Source of the DNA: Candidatus Binatia bacterium
Lineage (GTDB): Bacteria; Desulfobacterota; Binatia; HRBIN30
Length of the DNA stretch: 64,000 bases
NCBI GenBank assembly: GCA_038245295.1
Contig: JBBRSP010000033.1
Coordinates: 1-64,000 of the forward strand
Direction: 5' to 3'
The first letter of the stretch is position 1, and each line of letters starts with the position of its first letter. The notes beneath the pieces are model-generated. The model did no database searches and was not told the origin of the DNA. It worked only from the letters and a program-made list of their open reading frames with translations. Position numbers and translations under genes: made by a program. Shown piece by piece: positions 29,669 to 38,554 of the stretch.

Positions 29669-31141
29669 TTAGAACGCCAACTGCACCCGCGTCACGATCG
29701 CGTCCTCCGCCTTGCGATTTCCCTTCGAGCCGCCGCCGGTGAAGGTGTTGTTCGAGTAGTTCAGGACGAACTTGATGTTCTTGTTGAGATACCAGTTCGC
29801 GCCGACAACGTACTCCGTGTTGCGTCGCGCTGATCGCTTTGGATCGGCGAATCCCTTGTCGAACGCTTCGCGATCGATCTCGAGTTGCCCGAAGCGGGCG
29901 ACCGCTTCCACCGCACCCCAGTTGCCTTCGAACGGATCGAACGGCAACGTGGGGTTCACGCCTTTGAAGGAGGCCAGCTCGCCGGTGAGCACATACGACG
30001 CCGCGACCTGCCATGCCTGGTTGTTGACCGTTGCTTCGTTGTTGCCAATCCGCACGACCTGATCGGAGTATGTTAACTCACCGAGCAACCCGAACGATTG
30101 GAAGTAGTAGTAAGCTTGCGGCGCCAGACGCGAGTGCTCGCCCACCGCGATGGCGGTGGTGTTGAGATCGGCGCCGGTCTTGTAGCTGAAGAAGGTTGCC
30201 TGACCCGTCGTGCGGTAGCCCGGCAGATCCGGTGAGGCCAGGTTGCCGCGCGCGCGCCCGTAGGTTCCGGCGATGCCCAGACCGAGCCCGCGCAACGGCT
30301 CGACTTCCAGGTTCTTGAACGGCAGCGCAAACACACGGCCGGCGAAGTCCTTCGCATCGTTGACGTCGGTGGCGGAGTTGCCGAGATCGGGCACGCCGTT
30401 GAAGATGCCCAACTGGTAACTCAACGCACCCTCGAACAGCTCGCCGCCGAGTTGCACGCCATTGTCACGTGTTGGGACGAGGTTGGTCGGCAGTCCGCGC
30501 TCGATGAACATGGTGCTGGTTGCCGACTGCAAACGCTCGAGGCCGACGGGTGGCTTGAACTTACCAACGCGCAGCTTGAGCCACGGTACGAAGTTCGTTT
30601 CGACGTAGGCATCAAAGAGGACGAAGTTGGCGCCGGCGAAGTCGGGCATGATGCGGAAGTCGAAGTACTTGCAGACCGTACCCTGCAAATCGAGACGCGC
30701 CCGACGGAAGGTGAACTGGGAGACGTTCTTGTCTTCCGAGTCCTCGATGAAGAAACGTGCATCGGCCTGTATGTACGCTCCAAACTTGAGCTTGTATCTG
30801 CCATCCGCCGAGTTGAGCGAGAACCCATCATTGATCCAACCCGCGAGAGGCTTCTGGTTCTCCAACGTTACTTCGACCTGCCTCTGGTCTTTGTTTAAGC
30901 GCCCAACCGTGTCTTCGAGCTCCTTGATGCGCTTCTGACTCTGCTCGAGCTCTTGCATGCGCCGCTCGACGTCGGCGCTCTTCGCCGGCGCCGCGGCCGG
31001 AGCGGCGGTTGTTTCTGCCGCCTCGGGGGCCGGCCGCTTCGTCTTCTTGGTCGCCGCGGCGTGGGCGGCGACAACACTGGATTGAAAGACCGTGAGGGCG
31101 GCGAGGACCAACCCAACGCGACGCATCCGGTGGGTGCGCAT
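29669..31141 (-). CDS. OprO/OprP-family anion-selective porin (probably sulfate-related)
   Basis: FRRARLDLQG, GKFKPPVGLERLQS, FIERGLPTNL, GANWYLN, terminal QLAF; last gene of sulfate operon. Confidence 0.88.
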   Translation of the reverse strand: MRTHRMRRVGLVLAALTVFQSSVVAAHAAATKKTKRPAPEAAETTAAPAAAPAKSADVERRMQELEQSQKRIKELEDTVGRLNKDQRQVEVTLENQKPLAGWINDGFSLNSADGRYKLKFGAYIQADARFFIEDSEDKNVSQFTFRRARLDLQGTVCKYFDFRIMPDFAGANFVLFDAYVETNFVPWLKLRVGKFKPPVGLERLQSATSTMFIERGLPTNLVPTRDNGVQLGGELFEGALSYQLGIFNGVPDLGNSATDVNDAKDFAGRVFALPFKNLEVEPLRGLGLGIAGTYGRARGNLASPDLPGYRTTGQATFFSYKTGADLNTTAIAVGEHSRLAPQAYYYFQSFGLLGELTYSDQVVRIGNNEATVNNQAWQVAASYVLTGELASFKGVNPTLPFDPFEGNWGAVEAVARFGQLEIDREAFDKGFADPKRSARRNTEYVVGANWYLNKNIKFVLNYSNNTFTGGGSKGNRKAEDAIVTRVQLAF

Positions 31142-31166
31142 GACAAACTCCTTCTAGTCATGGCGC

Positions 31167-31228
31167 GCCTCCGGTGTTTCCGGTCAGCGAGCGCGGTTCG
31201 TCGGAAGGCCTCCCGTCGACGGGTCGGC
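31167..31228 (-). promoter_or_regulatory. Tandem conserved RNA hairpins GCY-GA-[stem-loop]-A-GGC downstream of yezD
   Basis: GCCGACCCGTCGACGGGAGGC (31228..31208) and GCTGACCGGAAACACCGGAGGC (31188..31167). Confidence 0.65.
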
Positions 31229-31238
31229 GTGGGTGGTC

Positions 31239-31430
31239 TTACGCCCGATGCGCCAGGCGCAATCGTTCGGTGCGATCAACCTGCACGACGACGCCGTCTT
31301 GAACGATGACCGTCACCGTTCCAAATCGTAGTCCGCGCAAGGCGTCGCCAATACGATCGAGTACTTCGCCACCGCGTTGGGTGTCTCTTGGATCGATGGC
31401 GGTAGCACTGTTGTCCGTGAATGAGATCAT
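31239..31430 (-). CDS. YezD/DUF2292 family small protein
   Basis: LRGLRFGTVTVIVQDGVVVQVDRTERLRL signature; GAGG RBS. Confidence 0.9.
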   Translation of the reverse strand: MISFTDNSATAIDPRDTQRGGEVLDRIGDALRGLRFGTVTVIVQDGVVVQVDRTERLRLAHRA

Positions 31431-31447
31431 GGGAACCCTCCTCGATT

Positions 31448-33490
31448 TCAGATTTGGTAGTCTTGGACAAAGACGCGCACGCGTCGCGGGAATACGAAGA
31501 CGAGGTCGCCGGTCTTGAGCTGTAACTCGCGGAAACGTTCCTCCGTGAGCTCGACATTGATCGGCAGGCCGAACTCTTTGGCGATCAGCTCGACTTTCAC
31601 CGCCGAGCTGGCGGCGTTGACCCGCAGCACCTCGGCCTCGAGACTCGTCGCATCACGTGGCTCGCGGTCGATGTCGAGCTCGTGCGGCCGCACGTAGGCT
31701 TTCACCGGCCGTGAATCGTCGTGCTGATACTCCGGCATCGCCACTTCAAGGCCGGAGAGCACAGCGCGGCCGCCCTGAACACGACCGTGGAAGACGTTGA
31801 CGTTACCCAGGAAGTCCATGACAAACGCATTGGCCGGATGCTGGAAGACTTCCTGCGGCGTCCCCGCCTGCTCGATGCGGCCGCGATTCATCACCACGAC
31901 GCGATCGGAGACTTCGAAGGCTTCCTCCTGGTCATGGGTGACGAAGACGCTGGTGACGTGGATCTCATCGTGCAGTCGGCGCAACCACTGGCGCAGCTCC
32001 TTACGTACCTTGGCGTCGAGGGCGCCGAACGGTTCGTCGAGCAGCAGCACCTTGGGTTCGGCGGCGAGGGCGCGGGCCAGAGCGACACGCTGGCGTTGGC
32101 CGCCGGAGAGCTGCGTCGGCGCTTGTTTGCCGAGGCTGTCGAGTTGGACGAGCCGTAACAGCTCGTGCACGCGCTCCTGAATCGCCGCTTCCTTCCACTT
32201 CCGCACGCGCAGGCCGAAGGCGACGTTCTCGAAGACGGTCATGTGGCGGAACAGGGCGTAGTGTTGGAACACGAAGCCGACGTTGCGCTCGCGCACCGAA
32301 CGATGCGTTGCGTCTTCGTCCTCGTAGTGGATTGCGCCCTGGTCCGGTGTATCGAGGCCGGCGATGATCCGCAGCAGCGTCGTCTTGCCGGAGCCGGACG
32401 GGCCGAGGAGAGCCAGCAGCGAGCCGTGCGGTACATCGAGGCTGACGTTGTCGAGGGCGACGAAATTGCCGAAGCGTTTGGTGACGCCTTGAACCGAGAT
32501 TCCCACGGGTGCTTGCTCCTGCTCTTGCGGCAATTGTGGTGCCGCTCCCGGACCGACCGACTCAACGAAACGTGGCGCAGCGGTTGTGTCGAGCTGTGAC
32601 TCATCGGGCGCCGCCTCGCGCTTGCGGTTGGCGAGATCGCTGCGCGTCTTCCATTCGAGCCCCACTTTGATGGCCAGGGTAACCAGCGCCAGCGAGCACA
32701 GCAGGGACGCGAGCGCGAACGAGCCGGGGTTGTTGTACTCCTGGAAAAGCTTCTCGACGCGCAACGGCATAGTGTCGGTTTGGCCGGCGATATGCCCGGA
32801 GACTACGTAGACGGCGCCAAACTCACCCATAGCGCGGGCGTTGCAGAGGATGATGCCGTAGAGCAGGCCCCACTTGATGTTCGGCAGTGTAATGCGACGA
32901 AACATGTAGAGGGCACTGGCGCCGAGACTGACGGCGGCGGTCTCTTCCTCCGAGCCGATGGCTTCCATGACCGGGATGAGCTCGCGCGCCACGAACGGAA
33001 AAGTCACGAAGGCGGTGGCCAGGATCAGGCCTGGCGTGGCGAAGATGATCTTGATGTCGTGCTCGCGTAGCCACGGGCCAAAGTATCCCTGCAAGCCGAA
33101 GATCAGCACGAACATGAGGCCGGCGACCACCGGCGAAACGGCGAACGGCAAGTCGACCATCGCCGTCAGCAACGTGCGTCCGGGAAACTTGAAACGCGCA
33201 ATCAGCCAGGCTGCCGCGATGCCGAAGACCAGATTGGCGAGGACGGCGCCCGGGACGACGCGCAGAGTCAGCAGGATGGCGCTCAGCGTGTCGGCATCGT
33301 TGACCAGATTGTTCCAGTAGGTGGCCGGACCCTTGGCGAACGCTTCGTAGAAGACATTGACCACGGGAATCAGGATCAAGATGCCGGTGACGACGATGGC
33401 GGCGCCAATCAGGACCAAGCGAACGGCGGGCGAATCTTCTTGGGCGCGCCGGCGTGGTAGACCGGTGGTGGCCGCGAGCTCAGTGGCCAT
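31448..33490 (-). CDS. cysW-cysA: Sulfate ABC transporter CysW permease fused in frame to CysA ATPase
   Basis: [25 protein letters not shown] (CysW); [33 protein letters not shown]-like end (CysA); no stop between. Confidence 0.9.
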   Translation of the reverse strand: MATELAATTGLPRRRAQEDSPAVRLVLIGAAIVVTGILILIPVVNVFYEAFAKGPATYWNNLVNDADTLSAILLTLRVVPGAVLANLVFGIAAAWLIARFKFPGRTLLTAMVDLPFAVSPVVAGLMFVLIFGLQGYFGPWLREHDIKIIFATPGLILATAFVTFPFVARELIPVMEAIGSEEETAAVSLGASALYMFRRITLPNIKWGLLYGIILCNARAMGEFGAVYVVSGHIAGQTDTMPLRVEKLFQEYNNPGSFALASLLCSLALVTLAIKVGLEWKTRSDLANRKREAAPDESQLDTTAAPRFVESVGPGAAPQLPQEQEQAPVGISVQGVTKRFGNFVALDNVSLDVPHGSLLALLGPSGSGKTTLLRIIAGLDTPDQGAIHYEDEDATHRSVRERNVGFVFQHYALFRHMTVFENVAFGLRVRKWKEAAIQERVHELLRLVQLDSLGKQAPTQLSGGQRQRVALARALAAEPKVLLLDEPFGALDAKVRKELRQWLRRLHDEIHVTSVFVTHDQEEAFEVSDRVVVMNRGRIEQAGTPQEVFQHPANAFVMDFLGNVNVFHGRVQGGRAVLSGLEVAMPEYQHDDSRPVKAYVRPHELDIDREPRDATSLEAEVLRVNAASSAVKVELIAKEFGLPINVELTEERFRELQLKTGDLVFVFPRRVRVFVQDYQI

Positions 33491-34304
33491 TGTTCTTACT
33501 CCAATGTTCGAGACGATTGATCACGACGAGTAGAGTCAGCGACATGAGCATCAGCACGACGGCGATCGCGGCGGCCTCGCGATACTTAAACTCTTCGAGC
33601 GCTGCGACGATCAGCACGGGAGCAATTTCCGTCTTGAACGGCATGTTGCCCGAGACGAAGACCACCGAGCCGTACTCCCCGAGGCCGCGCGCGAAGGCGA
33701 GGGCGAAGCCGGTGACGATGGCCGGCAGGAGCGCCGGAATGATGACGCGGCGGAACGTCTGCCAGCGTGTCGCACCCAGGCAAGCGGCGGCTTCTTCAAC
33801 TTCGGCTTCGAAGTCTTCCAACACCGGCTGCACGGTGCGCACGACGAAGGGCAGACCGATGAACACCAGGACCAGCACGATGGCCAAACGCGAGTAGGAT
33901 CCCTGGATTCCCAGAGGCACCAGGAACTGTCCGAGCCAGCCTGTTTTGACATAGAGGCTCGAGTACACCAGTCCGGCGACCGCCGTCGGCAGCGCAAACG
34001 GCAGGTCGATGATCGCATCGAAGAACCGTTTGAAAGGAAACTGGTAACGCACCAACACCCAGGCGACGAGCAGGCCGAGGCCGACATTGACCGCGGCGGC
34101 GATGAACGAGGTCGTGAACGTCAGCGCGTAGGCGGCCCGCGCGCGTGGAGTCCACACAGCGCCGACGAACTGCTCGAGGCTTAGCGTGCCGGCCTTGGCG
34201 AACAGGGCGAGCAACGGCAAGAGGACGAGCAGTGTCAGGTAGAAGAGGGTGTACCCGAGACTCAGTCGGAATCCGGGAAGCACTCGTCGGTTCACATCGA
34301 TCAT
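33480..34304 (-). CDS. cysT: Sulfate ABC transporter permease CysT
   Basis: [38 protein letters not shown]. Confidence 0.95.
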   Translation of the reverse strand: MIDVNRRVLPGFRLSLGYTLFYLTLLVLLPLLALFAKAGTLSLEQFVGAVWTPRARAAYALTFTTSFIAAAVNVGLGLLVAWVLVRYQFPFKRFFDAIIDLPFALPTAVAGLVYSSLYVKTGWLGQFLVPLGIQGSYSRLAIVLVLVFIGLPFVVRTVQPVLEDFEAEVEEAAACLGATRWQTFRRVIIPALLPAIVTGFALAFARGLGEYGSVVFVSGNMPFKTEIAPVLIVAALEEFKYREAAAIAVVLMLMSLTLLVVINRLEHWSKNNGH

Positions 34305-34394
34305 GTTTGCAGCTCCTCGCATCTCGGCGCGCGGCTCCTGAGCGCTCCCTCTCCCAGCTCAAGGGATTCACGGCATCTGTGAGAGGGTTGGGGT

Positions 34395-34656
34395 CAATGT
34401 CGTTAAGTTCGCGAGAGAAGTGCGTCGTCCCGGCCTCCAAGTCTGTCGACTTTCTCTGATTCATCGTTTGAAACAGCGCAAACATCCCCGTCATACCGGC
34501 GAAAGCCGGTATCTCCCCAGCATTCTCGGCCTTCCACTCGAGGAGATTCCGGCTTTCGCCGGGATGACGTTGCGTCATTTCAGTTATCGACAGTCTCCTC
34601 CGCCGGTATGACGAGGCTCCGCATTGGCCCGCACCCTCGCTAACTTAACGACATTT
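34395..34656. mobile_element. Miniature element (family D) with IS4-like ends, set inside CCCTCTCCC-type palindromes and hosting a family B MITE
   Basis: IR CAATGTCGTTAAGTT (34395-34409) / AACTTAACGACATTT (34642-34656). Confidence 0.65.
34439..34597. mobile_element. MITE family B, intact copy (159 bp)
   Basis: Ends AAGTCTGTCGA / TCGACAGTCTC; 4-bp TSD CTCC (34435-34438, 34598-34601); internal inverted pair of CGTCAT-CCGGC-GAAA-GCCGG palindromes. Confidence 0.85.
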
Positions 34657-34767
34657 ACCCCGACCCTCTCCCACCGGCTGACTCCCCGTCCAAGGTGGGA
34701 GAGGGGGCGCTGACTTTCCAGCTGGAATGGGTGACCGGTGGTCATGACTACTGGCGGATTACGTGGG

Positions 34768-35811
34768 CTACCGACCAGGCTGGTAGATCTTGTCGAAGAT
34801 CTTTCCTTCGACGAAGAACTTGTTGTAGGCGTCGGTCCAATCGGTGGCGATCGTCGTCACCGGGAACAGCTTCAAATCGGGGAAGGACTGGGCGTGGCGC
34901 TGTTTCACCGCGGCATTGATCGGCCGATAGAAACGTTGCGCGATGATCTCCTGGCCGGCGTCGGTGTAGAGAAAGTTCAGATATGCCTCCGCCACTTCAC
35001 GCGTACCCTTGCGGCGGACATTCGAATCGATGACGGCGAGCGGTGGTTCGGCGAGGATGCTGATCGGTGGGTAGACGATTTCGAGATCGCCACCGGACTC
35101 GTTCACTTCAGGGTAGGCCTCATTTTCCCAGGTCAGGTGCACGTCGCCGATCTTCTTCTGCGCGAAGGTGATGGTTGAGCCGCGCGCGCCCGAGTCGAGA
35201 ACCGGCGTTTGCTTGTACAGGGCGGTGATGAAGTCGGTGGCCTGTTGTTCGCTGCCTCCGCGCTGTGTCACCGAGCCCCAGGCGGCCAGCAAGCTGAGCT
35301 TGCCGTTGCCGGAGGTTTTCGGATTCGGAGTGACGATCTCGATTCCCGGCTTGATCAGATCGGGCCAGTCCTTGACGCCCTTGGGATTGCCCTTGCGGAC
35401 GACGAACACGATGGTGCTGGTGTAGGCGACCGAGTTGTTCGGCAGGCGCTGTTCCCAGCCATTGGCGAGCAGGCCGGCTTTTTGAATGGCTTCGGTGTCG
35501 GGCCACAGGGCCAGCGTGGCGACATCCGCATCCAGGCCGTCGACGATGGCGCGCGCCTGGGCGCCGGAGCCACCATGCGACTGCTTGATGGTGACGGTTA
35601 CGCCCTTGGTTTTGGCGTAGTCGGCGATGAACGCCTGGTTGAGCTCGCGCCACAGCTCGCGGGTTGGGTCGTAGGAAACATTGAGCAGCTCGACCGAATC
35701 GGCGGCTGGGCTGCTGTGTGGTGATGCCAACGCGACGACAAGGCCACTGGCGGCGGCAAGGGCGAACCGGGCGGCACTCTTCCAGAACGGGCGGTTGGTA
35801 GTCATGTCCAT
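34768..35811 (-). CDS. sbp: Sulfate ABC transporter substrate-binding protein
   Basis: LLNVSYDPTREL, QSHGGSGAQAR, PNPKTSG, WENEA; AAGGAG RBS before ATG 35811. Confidence 0.96.
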   Translation of the reverse strand: MDMTTNRPFWKSAARFALAAASGLVVALASPHSSPAADSVELLNVSYDPTRELWRELNQAFIADYAKTKGVTVTIKQSHGGSGAQARAIVDGLDADVATLALWPDTEAIQKAGLLANGWEQRLPNNSVAYTSTIVFVVRKGNPKGVKDWPDLIKPGIEIVTPNPKTSGNGKLSLLAAWGSVTQRGGSEQQATDFITALYKQTPVLDSGARGSTITFAQKKIGDVHLTWENEAYPEVNESGGDLEIVYPPISILAEPPLAVIDSNVRRKGTREVAEAYLNFLYTDAGQEIIAQRFYRPINAAVKQRHAQSFPDLKLFPVTTIATDWTDAYNKFFVEGKIFDKIYQPGR

Positions 35812-35888
35812 GCTCTCCTTCAAATCCGTCTTCGGTTTTCGGATAAAACGCGGCGCGTCGGCGTTCGGCAGATGCCGGCGCGACAATG

Positions 35889-35923
35889 AAAAAGGCCCGG
35901 GAGGATGAACCTCTCGGGCCTTT
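35889..35923 (-). terminator. Intrinsic terminator (attenuator) in the sbp leader
   Basis: AAAGGCCCGAGAGG-TTCAT-CCTCCCGGGCC-TTTTT on the minus strand. Confidence 0.85.
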
Positions 35924-35947
35924 GGATTCGCAGCGATGTGTTCGGAG

Positions 35948-36052
35948 TTAACGAGCAGCGGAACAGAACACGGCGCGACCGTCGGCGCGAGAGGCCTCCC
36001 AGGCCTTCGTACAACAACACATACAACCGACAGTTTGGCGCGGAGCGTTCAT
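35948..36052 (-). CDS. Cys-rich leader peptide (34 aa) of the sulfate operon
   Basis: Manual translation MNAPRQTVGCMCCCTKAWEASRADGRAVFCSAAR*; TGT-ATG-TGT-TGT-TGT at 36025..36011; stop 25 nt before the terminator. Confidence 0.8.
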   Translation of the reverse strand: MNAPRQTVGCMCCCTKAWEASRADGRAVFCSAAR

Positions 36053-36061
36053 TGGCGGCCG

Positions 36062-36090
36062 CATCTACGCGAAGCAAGGCAGGTGGTCAA
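36062..36090 (-). promoter_or_regulatory. sigma70-like promoter of the leader/sulfate operon
   Basis: TTGACC-N17-TAGATG, ending 9 nt before the leader ATG. Confidence 0.6.
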
Positions 36091-36114
36091 GGGTGGACCG
36101 GGAATAAATCTGGG

Positions 36115-36265
36115 ATGCCCTTCGAGACGCCGCCAAACATCCTTCGAGACGGCAACGAAAGAAGGTGCCTCCTCCGGAGGCGGCTCCTCAGGGCGAGCGG
36201 TCTTGGGAAGTTTCCGTTCGGGCTGAGGAGGCGCCATCGTTTCAGGCGCCGTCTCGAAGCCCACC
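36115..36265. repeat. CCTTCGAGACG...CTCCTCAG / CTGAGGAG...GTCTCGAAG palindromic repeat cluster; relatives at ~23130-23250, 29182-29220, 49386-49476
   Basis: Inverted arms visible; CCGTTCGGGCTGAGGAGGC present at both ~23186 and ~36214. Confidence 0.7.
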
Positions 36266-36269
36266 GTAG

Positions 36270-37577
36270 CTAGGGCGCCGCGCCTCCGGACGATAGGTCC
36301 AGCTCGGCGCTGATTTCTTCCAGTGTCTTGCCGCCGGTTTCCGGGGCGTATCGCAGTACGACGAGTCCGCCGACGACCGGTCCGACGGCCATGATCGCGA
36401 CGGCGTATGGAATGCCGATGCGATCGGCGAGCCAGCCAATGGCCAGCGGGCTGACGATTTCGGTGAAGCGGCCGAAGAGGTTGGTGGTCCAGCTGTATCC
36501 GGTGGCGCGAATCTCGGTTGGGAAGAGCTCGGTGGCAAAGGTGCTGGTGGCCGAGTTGGCACCCAGGAAGCCGATGACGGCGGCGGCCATCAAGGCGGTC
36601 TGTACGCCCAGGCTCTTGGATGGAATCCAGAACAAGGCAAAGACGGCCACTGCCGTGAACAAGTAGTAGTAGCCGCAGCTGAGGCGGCGACCGAAGCGAT
36701 TCATGCAGTAGCCGGACAGTGGGGCGCCAATCACGAAGGCGAGAAAGTAGGCGCCGGCGACGACGAGCGTATAGTCTTTTGGCCCGAAACCAAGGTTGCG
36801 CGACGCGTGGATCGTCCAAAAGGTGACCGCCGGTGCGGCGACGAGGTGGTTACAGTTCCAGATCAACGTGACGAGCAGGGAGCGGTTGCGGTAGCGCTTT
36901 CGAAACGGCACGAAGATGTTGCTCAGTTGCTCGCCGAGCGAGTTGTATGTCTTGCCGGTGTCCTGCAGATGCTCGAAGCGACGCGTCTCGCGCATGCCGA
37001 GGCGCACGAATAACACCAGGGCCACCGGGATGAGCCCGAGCAGATACATTGTCTGCCAGTCGTAGGCGGAGAGGATCCACCGCGCCGTGAGGAATTCGAT
37101 GATTGTGCCGAGAGCCGCCACGCCAGCCAGGAGCGAGATGCCGAAACTGCGCCAGCGAGTCGGGTACTCTTCGCCGATGATGATGAGGGCCAGAGCAAAC
37201 TCAGCCGCTAGGAAGATGCGAGCGCAGAACTGCCACAGCGTGAAGGCTTCGATGCTTTGCGCATATGCCGTGAGGCCGGTGAACGCGGCATAGCCGAGGA
37301 TCGTCAGCGAGATGATCGGCCGCCGGCCGAAGCGGTCGGCGAGCATCAGGATGAAAAACGACACGACGGCGCCGATGCGGATGATCAGGTTGACCAAGCC
37401 CCACTGGGTGTTGTTGAGGCTGTAGGTTTTCTGAATGATCGGGGCGACGGTCGACAGAATGGCGATGTTGAAGGCATCGAACATGGTGGCCGAGACCAAC
37501 ATGCCCATCAACGCCCAGAGGTAGGGCGTCATCGTGTCGACTTCGGTGCTCGCTGCCTGCGTCGTGCCGGTACTCAT
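36270..37577 (-). CDS. MFS transporter
   Basis: LADRFGRR, EEYPTRWR, TELFPTEIRATG, PETGGKTLEEI; many hydrophobic helices. Confidence 0.93.
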   Translation of the reverse strand: MSTGTTQAASTEVDTMTPYLWALMGMLVSATMFDAFNIAILSTVAPIIQKTYSLNNTQWGLVNLIIRIGAVVSFFILMLADRFGRRPIISLTILGYAAFTGLTAYAQSIEAFTLWQFCARIFLAAEFALALIIIGEEYPTRWRSFGISLLAGVAALGTIIEFLTARWILSAYDWQTMYLLGLIPVALVLFVRLGMRETRRFEHLQDTGKTYNSLGEQLSNIFVPFRKRYRNRSLLVTLIWNCNHLVAAPAVTFWTIHASRNLGFGPKDYTLVVAGAYFLAFVIGAPLSGYCMNRFGRRLSCGYYYLFTAVAVFALFWIPSKSLGVQTALMAAAVIGFLGANSATSTFATELFPTEIRATGYSWTTNLFGRFTEIVSPLAIGWLADRIGIPYAVAIMAVGPVVGGLVVLRYAPETGGKTLEEISAELDLSSGGAAP

Positions 37578-37667
37578 TCGGCCGCCGCTCTAACAGAAGC
37601 GTTCTCCCGCTACTACCGGAGGAGATGCTCCACGAAATGGGTCCTGTCCCCTTTTTGGGTCGAACGG

Positions 37668-38225
37668 CTAACGCAAGCTGAAACTCGGCACGGGCGCCTG
37701 AAACACTGGCACAAACACGTCCGCCATGACGGCGGGCATGCGACGGCTTGCCTCGGCGATCGTCTCAGCCCCGGCGCCCCGCACCTCCTGCCCGCCTCTC
37801 GTCTTGGCGAAGGCGACCACCTGCAGCCGTTTCATCAGCTTCGAGTAGTTGGTGGTGATCTCGCGATTGAAACGGTATTCCCCGTGTGGGTCGAGGCTGA
37901 CGTTGAGGTCGAGATCGAAACTGTCGAGTGCTCTCCCATCGTCGCCTTCCACAAAGGCGGTGACGACCATCCGCACGCCATCGACCTTGGCATCATACGG
38001 GTTGATGAGTCGTCCCCGAATCACCAGCGCATGATCGTTGGGGGCGCGCATCTGCTGTATGTCGCAACCCAACAGGCCGTACTCGGCGAATCCCCCGAGA
38101 CCATTTTCATGGGCCGTTTGCGTCGCCGCGGCGGGCTCATCGGCTGATTCGCCGTAGGCGAAAAGAGCGCCCCCGCCAACTAACAGCATGACTCCGAGTC
38201 GTTGCAACCAACGGAACGACCTCAT
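37668..38225 (-). CDS. Secreted/membrane-anchored hypothetical protein (FxLYD-like beta domain)
   Basis: AGGAGG RBS, signal-like N-terminus, IRGRLINPYD..VDGVRMVV. Confidence 0.6.
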   Translation of the reverse strand: MRSFRWLQRLGVMLLVGGGALFAYGESADEPAAATQTAHENGLGGFAEYGLLGCDIQQMRAPNDHALVIRGRLINPYDAKVDGVRMVVTAFVEGDDGRALDSFDLDLNVSLDPHGEYRFNREITTNYSKLMKRLQVVAFAKTRGGQEVRGAGAETIAEASRRMPAVMADVFVPVFQAPVPSFSLR

Positions 38226-38294
38226 GCGGACCCTCCTTCGCCCCGCCGGGATATGTACACGCAAGCTGAGTCCCTGCAAACAGGGGCCTATCCG

Positions 38295-38481
38295 GGTAGT
38301 GTCTCCATTTGGGTCCACACCCACCGATAATCTCTAATCGGAGCGCGCCACTGCGTGGCGCCCGGAGACGGAACCTTACCGCTACGGGTTTGGATTCCAG
38401 CGATGGGCGCCACGCAGTGGCGCGCTCCGCGACGGGATCCACCACCCGCCAGCCGCCAACAACTCAAACTGAGACACTTGC
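38295..38481. mobile_element. MITE family A, inverted near-complete copy
   Basis: GGTAGTGTCTCCATTTG ... CAAACTGAGACAC; internal sequence homologous to the 17090 and 24664 copies. Confidence 0.85.
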
Positions 38482-38519
38482 CCTTTCCGACGTCGGATTG
38501 ATCGCGCGCGCGGGCGTCT

Positions 38520-38550
38520 CCACAAAAAGGGTCCTGTCCCCTTTTTGTGG
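38520..38550 (-). terminator. Repeated hairpin, likely terminator (second copy ~37630-37658)
   Basis: CCACAAAAAGGG-TCCTGTC-CCCTTTTTGTGG just after the LysR stop; near-identical copy after the 37668 stop. Confidence 0.65.
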
Positions 38551-38554
38551 GCGG

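Noticed and set aside
35820..36077. 85-aa minus-strand ORF upstream of sbp as the leader
   Set aside because: Starts inside the promoter spacer and reads through the terminator; the 34-aa Cys-rich ORF in another frame fits the promoter and terminator geometry.
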